From positions 1 to 64,000 of the forward strand of contig CAVYSE010000003.1 of assembly GCA_963771075.1 (NCBI GenBank): a stretch of DNA of 64,000 bases, written 5' to 3'. How positions within the stretch are numbered: position 1 is the first letter of the stretch; every line of letters starts with the position of its first letter. Below the pieces are notes generated by a model. The model saw nothing but the letters and a program-made list of their open reading frames with translations. It ran no database searches and was not told the origin of the DNA. The position numbers and the translations under genes were made by a program. The DNA comes from a candidate division FCPU426 bacterium. GTDB lineage: Bacteria; Oederibacteriota; Muellerivitia; Muellerivitales; Muellerivitaceae. Positions 58,786 to 64,000 of this stretch are shown one piece after another.

Positions 58786-61700
58786 TTACCGAACCACGAC
58801 GATCTTGAGGGCCTTGTGGCCCACCAGGCCGCCTTGGACGTTGTAGGCGTCCACCGCCATGAAATAAACCCCGCTCGCCAGTCCCGCCGCGTCGCAAGTG
58901 GCCATGTTGGAACCTGCCGGACCCGTGACCTCCCTCCTCACCAGTTCCCCAGCCGCATCATAGACCCGGAAGGCCAGGGTCAGGCTTTCCCCTGAATCCG
59001 ACACCACCTGGACACTGTATCCCGTCCCCGCGTTCAACAGGTTCGGCCTCGCCGTCAGGTTCCCCATCCCCGCGTTCGCGTTATCCGACATCACCAGCAC
59101 ATGCCCTGTCATCACCGTCTCCCCGCCCTGGCCATCCTGTGCCGATACCGAGATGAAATACTGACCCGACGCCACCACCGCCCCATTGTCCCCCGTACCA
59201 TCCCACACGATCGTCGTCCCGTTGTTGAGCGTGATCGTTACATTCGTCGGAATCGTCCCCGCCGGCGTCCCGCTCGTCGGCTCGAACCCTGTCGTCGACA
59301 GTCCCAACTGCGTCGCGTTGTTCGACACCGGGTTGCTCGTATAGGAATAGAGGTTCTTCACCACCTCTCCCGCCTCGTTGTAGATCTTCACCGCCACCTT
59401 GTACACCGCCCGGTTCACCACCACCGGTTCCGTCACGCTCGTGTCCGCTCCCATCCCACTGATGCTGTCCACCTTCACGTAATACTGCCCGTTCACCGCC
59501 GGGTTCCCCGTCGAGTCCATCCCGTTCCACGTCCCGATCGGCACCCCATCGAAATAGATCGTCGTCGAGCTTCCCGTCCCGCTTACTGCCGTGATCGCAC
59601 TGGAACTCAGGCTCACACCGCTGATCACCTGCGAATACTGGCTCACCGGCATCGACTGGATCAGTTCCCCCGCCTCGTTATACACGTCGATCTTCACCGT
59701 GTATTGCCCCGTCGTTTGTACACTCGCGCAAGATGACGCCGCGGCCCCTCCCGTATAGCTCATTACCGCACAGTTTTGGATCGTCAATCCTCCCGGAACC
59801 AGGGGGTTCACCATTACCTGGTAGGTCATCTGGTACTGACCCGGGCCCAAGGGCGAGGGCATCTGCCAGCTCATCACCGAGGTCGCCTGGTTGTAGGACG
59901 CGGTCACTCCCGCGGGCGTATAGCTAAACGATTCGAAGATCACATTGGCCGGCAAGGGGTCGGTCACCACCACGTTCGTCACGCTGTTCCCCACCACGTT
60001 CAACGTGAGGGTATAAATCACCGCCCCTCCCCCGCCCGTGCTGGAGGAGGAAGCCTGTTTGCTCAAGGACGCCAATCCCGTCGGGGTCGGGGTTGCCGTA
60101 GCCGTGGGGGTTGCTGTCACCGTCATGCTCGGGGTCGGAGTGGAGGTACGCGTGGGAGTGGAGGTATGGGTTGAGGTCGGGGTTGGGCTGGGTGTTCCAC
60201 TGGGGGTAGCCGTCGGGCTATTCGTGGGGGTGCGGGTATTCGTCGGGGTGCCGGTGCTGGTCGCCGTGTGGGTCGGGGTGCCGCTATTGGTCGAGGTCGG
60301 GGTGAACGTAGGCGTCGCGGTCACGGTAAAGGTGCGGGTGTCCGTCGGAGTCAACGACCAGGTGGGGGTATTCGTGGCCGTAAAGGTATTGCTCGGCGTA
60401 TAGCTGTTCGTCGGTGTCATCGTGGGGGAATAAGTACGTGTCATGGGCGCGGTATTGGTTGGCGTAAAGGAATTCGTAACCGTCGGTGTGTTCGTCGGTG
60501 TGAAACTATTCGTTGGAGTAAAGGTGGGCGTAACCGTATTGGTATACGTGGGAGTCTGAGAATGGGTGGGCGTATAGGTGGCCGTATAGGTATTCGTGGA
60601 AGTGGGGGTGAAAGTAATGGTGAAGGTGGAGGTGGGGGTGGGGGTATCCGTAATGGTCGGGCTGTATTGGAAGGTGTGGGTCCAAGTCGGGGACAAGGTG
60701 ATGGTATAGGTCGAGGTAATGGTAGCAGTGTTGGTCGGGGTGTGGGTGAAGGTAGGAGTGGCGGTAATGGTCGGGGTGTTCGTTTGGGTAAGTGTGTTGG
60801 TTGAGGTGGAGGTGTTCGTGATCGTGACTGTGGGCGTAATGGACAAGGTGTTGGTTGACGTCATGGTTAGGGTCAAGGTGGCAGTCACCGTGGGGGTATT
60901 GGTAAGGGTCAGGGTGTTAGTTTGGGTGGGGGTGACGGTCAGGGTACGAGTCGAGGTCGCGGTGGGGGTGGGTGTCACCGTCAAAGTATTCGTGGGGGTC
61001 GCCGTCAGCGTAAAGGTATTCGTCAGGGTCAAGGTCGGGGTCACGGTGGGCGTATTGGTGGGGGTGCGAGTAGAGGTGTTAGTTGGGGTTAAGGTCGGAG
61101 TAGGCGTATTCGTGGAGGTCGGAGTCAGTGTGGGCGTGGGCGTCAAGGTTGGAGTGGGTGTATTGGTGGGAGTATTGGTTGGGGTAGGAGTATTCGTGGG
61201 AGTGGGAGTAGGCGTATTGGTAGGAGTTAACGTGGGTGTGGGTGTGTTGGTGTAAGTTCGGGTGGGTGTCACGGTAGGTGTCATTGTGGGTGTGGGAGTG
61301 TTGGTAGGCGTCAGGGTGGGCGTAGGTGTATTGGTAGGGGTAAAAGTCGGAGTAACCGTGGGTGTGTTGGTGGGAGTCGGGGTCGGGGTATTCGTCGGTG
61401 TTAATGTGGGCGTATTCGTTGGAGTCGGGGTCGGGGTATTGGTTGGCGTCATGGTCGAGGTGGGTGTATTGGTGGGTGTCCGGGTATTCGTTTGAGTCGG
61501 AGTTGGGGTCACGGTGGGTGTATTGGTTGGGGTAAAGGTTGGAGTCGGAGTATTGGTTGGTGTTGGAGTTGGAGTATTGGTAGGTGTCATTGTAGGGGTT
61601 GGAGTATTGGTTGGTGTTGGGGTGGGAGTTTGAGTAGGTGTCAAAGTTGGCGTAGGGGTGTTGGTCGGAGTCGGGGTCGGGGTAGGCGTATTGGTGGGGG

Positions 61701-64000
61701 TAGGTGTCGGTGTCGGTGTTGGTGTATTAGTGGGCGTGGGAGTTGGGGTCACCGTAGGCGTATTCGTGGGGGTACGTGTAGGCGTTGGTGTCGGCGTATT
61801 GGTGGGAGTGGGCGTTGGGGTAGGTGTATTGGTGTTAGTTGGGGTAGGAGTCGGAGTGGGGGTATTCGTGGGTGTGGGTGTTGGCGTTGGAGTCGGAGTA
61901 TTAGTCGGGGTATGAGTGGGGGTAACAGTGGGTGTAACCGTTGGGGTAGGTGTAGGAGTGGGGGTATTAGTCGGAGTAGGTGTCGGCGTATTGGTCGGGG
62001 TCGGGGTGGGGGTCGGCGTATTGGTCGGGGTCGGGGTAGGAGTGGGCGTATTAGTGGGAGTGGGAGTAGGAGTGTTAGTGGGGGTAGGCGTGGGAGTAGG
62101 AGTTTTAGTAGGTGTCGGGGTAGGAGTCGGTGTATTAGTCGGGGTTGGAGTCGGAGTGGGCGTGTTTGTAGGGGTGGGGGTCGGCGTATTGGTTGGAGTC
62201 GGTGTTGGAGTCGGGGTGTAGGTTGGTGTTGGGGTGGGGGTATTCGTAGGAGTTGGGGTAGGTGTGGGTGTATTCGTAGGCGTTGGAGTCGGGGTGGGAG
62301 TGCGGGTGGGTGTAGGCGTCGGTGTAGGTGTATTCGTGGGTGTCGGAGTAGGGGTAAAGGTGGGATTACAAACACCATGCCAAGCAAAAGATTTGAAAAG
62401 ATTATTATTATTCCCGTAATCGCTTAAACCTACGAGACCGCTTGAATAGGTAGAATCGGTAAAAGTTACACCGTAGGTATAGTTCGTGGCCGATGATCCA
62501 ATGGAAACGATGAAGCTGTTTCCCACAACAATTAATTGAAGCCATGTGTTCGTGGGGCAAGTCGCGCATAAGGGGCTGTTGGCTGGAAGATCAACGGTTT
62601 TGGTGGAAATCTTGTTACCCGTTCCCGTGCCTGCGGCCCCATAAACGTTGAATACCAATTCGCTATCCGCGTTTGCGCAATTATCTCCGTCCCACTGCAA
62701 TTCATAACCCGCGCCAGTGTTCTGGTTCACGTCCCACATGATGCCGTTCATATTAGGCTCTTGATGCACGCCGATTTGACAAAAATTCACCACCATGGTC
62801 CCGGGACCGCTGGCGACCTGGGTATTCAGCAACTGGTTGTTCAATTGGTTCGTACAATAGGGGGCGCATTGGAAGGAAACGCCGCCCGTGCCTTCGCCCC
62901 AAGTACCCTGGTTGGGGGGAGCCGACCCCACCAGCCATCCCGCCGGGGTTCCATTGATCGCTTGGTTGAAAGTCTGACTCACCGAACATTGGGTAACCGG
63001 ATTGCAAATGTATTGGGATATGAGGGCCTGCTGCCAATAGGTACTCTTCGTCGGAAAAATGGGTGGCGCTGGATCAAAACCCCACTCGAAACTTTGTCCA
63101 TTATTCAGGAAGGCGCTGGTGGGAGGATAGTAATCCCTTTGAATCTCATCCGGCCCGCTTCCGACCTTGCAGTCGAGCGCCCCTGGGGGGCCGCTCCAGA
63201 TGGCTGGCGAACCCTGATCGCCTCCATATTGGGTTCCATTTCCCGCCGGTTCGTGAGTGGGGCTTGAGCCCCAAGTCTCGATTTGATCCATGAACCCGTC
63301 CGTATTACCCGTGCATTCATCAGCGCCCCCAAGTACTGAAAATCGGGTCTGATAAGTTCCACAACTCATACCCAGACATGTCCAATCCATTTGAGTGTCA
63401 TAAGGGGGATAACCATAGGCCACCTGGCCGTTCTCCTCGAAATGCCAGGCAAATTCCCCGTCCGCAATGTCCACCACATTGTTTGTGGTTTCCGCAGGAT
63501 TTTTGTAAAGGAGCATTATCCCCAACCCTTTGCAGGTGTCGGGATTGGCCGTGGTCACGACGGTATTAGCACCGATCATCAGGGAAGCGGGGCTGATTCC
63601 ATACCGAATGCTGTACCAGGTTTGAATCCAACTTTGATAGGTAACCGCCCCCTCCGCGGTTCCCGCACCCGTTCCGTTTCCGTTAATCGTAATTTGGGTT
63701 GTGTTGGGAGCTGCCGCAGACCCGTTTTGATATTCCACGTAGAGGAAAGCCGTGACGGGGGTGGCACCCGCTGGAAGGTTGATATCCAGGGGTTGGCCAC
63801 ACTGGGCCGAAGCCATGACATAATCCAACCCAGTTCCTTGGGCTAACAATCGCTGTTGCTGGGACCATTGAGTGGGCTGGGCCACATTGCAATCCGTAAA
63901 AGATATTCCACCGACAACCTGGGTGGGCATGGGTGCGGGTGTGCTAGTAATCGTGGGTGTGGCGGTCGGGGGTCCCGGCGTATAAGTGGGGCCGCAAGGC
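58786..64000 (-). CDS. giant surface protein, 5'-partial: beta-sandwich domains + ~760-aa Pro/Thr repeat + DUF11-like + two FlgD-Ig-like + C-terminal sorting-like domain
   Basis: Frame is open to the window end; YTLTL…[15 protein letters not shown] and WxGxx..G..VxxGxY motifs; terminal GLASGVYF…KIVVVR. Confidence 0.85.
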   Translation of the reverse strand, partial: PCGPTYTPGPPTATPTITSTPAPMPTQVVGGISFTDCNVAQPTQWSQQQRLLAQGTGLDYVMASAQCGQPLDINLPAGATPVTAFLYVEYQNGSAAAPNTTQITINGNGTGAGTAEGAVTYQSWIQTWYSIRYGISPASLMIGANTVVTTANPDTCKGLGIMLLYKNPAETTNNVVDIADGEFAWHFEENGQVAYGYPPYDTQMDWTCLGMSCGTYQTRFSVLGGADECTGNTDGFMDQIETWGSSPTHEPAGNGTQYGGDQGSPAIWSGPPGALDCKVGSGPDEIQRDYYPPTSAFLNNGQSFEWGFDPAPPIFPTKSTYWQQALISQYICNPVTQCSVSQTFNQAINGTPAGWLVGSAPPNQGTWGEGTGGVSFQCAPYCTNQLNNQLLNTQVASGPGTMVVNFCQIGVHQEPNMNGIMWDVNQNTGAGYELQWDGDNCANADSELVFNVYGAAGTGTGNKISTKTVDLPANSPLCATCPTNTWLQLIVVGNSFIVSIGSSATNYTYGVTFTDSTYSSGLVGLSDYGNNNNLFKSFAWHGVCNPTFTPTPTPTNTPTPTPTPTRTPTPTPTPTNTPTPTPTPTNTPTPTPTYTPTPTPTPTNTPTPTPTNTPTPTPTPTNTPTPTPTPTKTPTPTPTPTNTPTPTPTNTPTPTPTPTNTPTPTPTPTNTPTPTPTNTPTPTPTPTVTPTVTPTHTPTNTPTPTPTPTPTNTPTPTPTPTNTNTPTPTPTPTNTPTPTPTRTPTNTPTVTPTPTPTNTPTPTPTPTPTNTPTPTPTPTNTPTPTLTPTQTPTPTPTNTPTPTMTPTNTPTPTPTNTPTPTFTPTNTPTVTPTPTQTNTRTPTNTPTSTMTPTNTPTPTPTNTPTLTPTNTPTPTPTNTPTVTPTFTPTNTPTPTLTPTNTPTPTMTPTVTPTRTYTNTPTPTLTPTNTPTPTPTNTPTPTNTPTNTPTPTLTPTPTLTPTSTNTPTPTLTPTNTSTRTPTNTPTVTPTLTLTNTFTLTATPTNTLTVTPTPTATSTRTLTVTPTQTNTLTLTNTPTVTATLTLTMTSTNTLSITPTVTITNTSTSTNTLTQTNTPTITATPTFTHTPTNTATITSTYTITLSPTWTHTFQYSPTITDTPTPTSTFTITFTPTSTNTYTATYTPTHSQTPTYTNTVTPTFTPTNSFTPTNTPTVTNSFTPTNTAPMTRTYSPTMTPTNSYTPSNTFTATNTPTWSLTPTDTRTFTVTATPTFTPTSTNSGTPTHTATSTGTPTNTRTPTNSPTATPSGTPSPTPTSTHTSTPTRTSTPTPSMTVTATPTATATPTPTGLASLSKQASSSSTGGGGAVIYTLTLNVVGNSVTNVVVTDPLPANVIFESFSYTPAGVTASYNQATSVMSWQMPSPLGPGQYQMTYQVMVNPLVPGGLTIQNCAVMSYTGGAAASSCASVQTTGQYTVKIDVYNEAGELIQSMPVSQYSQVISGVSLSSSAITAVSGTGSSTTIYFDGVPIGTWNGMDSTGNPAVNGQYYVKVDSISGMGADTSVTEPVVVNRAVYKVAVKIYNEAGEVVKNLYSYTSNPVSNNATQLGLSTTGFEPTSGTPAGTIPTNVTITLNNGTTIVWDGTGDNGAVVASGQYFISVSAQDGQGGETVMTGHVLVMSDNANAGMGNLTARPNLLNAGTGYSVQVVSDSGESLTLAFRVYDAAGELVRREVTGPAGSNMATCDAAGLASGVYFMAVDAYNVQGGLVGHKALKIVVVR
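60075..62365 (-). repeat. coding low-complexity (PT)n/TNTPT repeat
   Basis: Degenerate hexamer repeats encoding TPTPTNTP; bounds approximate. Confidence 0.95.

Noticed and set aside
60038..62427. Val/Gly-repeat plus-strand ORFs or a CRISPR-like array
   Set aside because: Antisense of the Pro/Thr coding repeat; no constant repeat-spacer structure and no cas genes

Overview
64 kb of a diderm bacterial chromosome, moderately GC-rich by eye, with most genes on the minus strand. The many Thr/Pro-linker surface proteins with FlgD-Ig-like C-termini recall candidate phylum FCPU426 (from memory, not verified). About 1-7.45 kb is the right edge of an accessory island. It holds two tandem paralogous ~55-aa ORFs, an AT-rich Panacea (DUF4065)-type toxin-antitoxin pair behind a perfect 25-bp inverted repeat, a solo IS3-like end, a ParB-like protein apparently fused to a membrane anchor and an extracytoplasmic domain, an NHL + Asp-box propeller lipoprotein and a truncated second ParB-like gene. 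From 9 to 18 kb lies a candidate trans-envelope signalling cluster: CHASE2 nucleotide cyclase, triple-LRR lipoprotein, FecR protein and beta-barrel. The rest is mostly housekeeping: NAD kinase, MarC, ABC-2 exporter, nth, ychF, ECF sigma/anti-sigma/Spy, pepA, UDG, a GT2 operon, MCP/PilZ, serA + class V aminotransferase, tRNA-Leu-tig-clpP-clpX, glpD, trxB, pabB, RNase J, an RRM protein and a diiron protein. The window ends inside a giant Pro/Thr-repeat surface protein. At least 8 single-base frameshifts, several in conserved genes, most likely reflect long-read consensus errors. No CRISPR array, rRNA, integrase or transposase was seen. Family calls come from motif recognition only; no searches were run.
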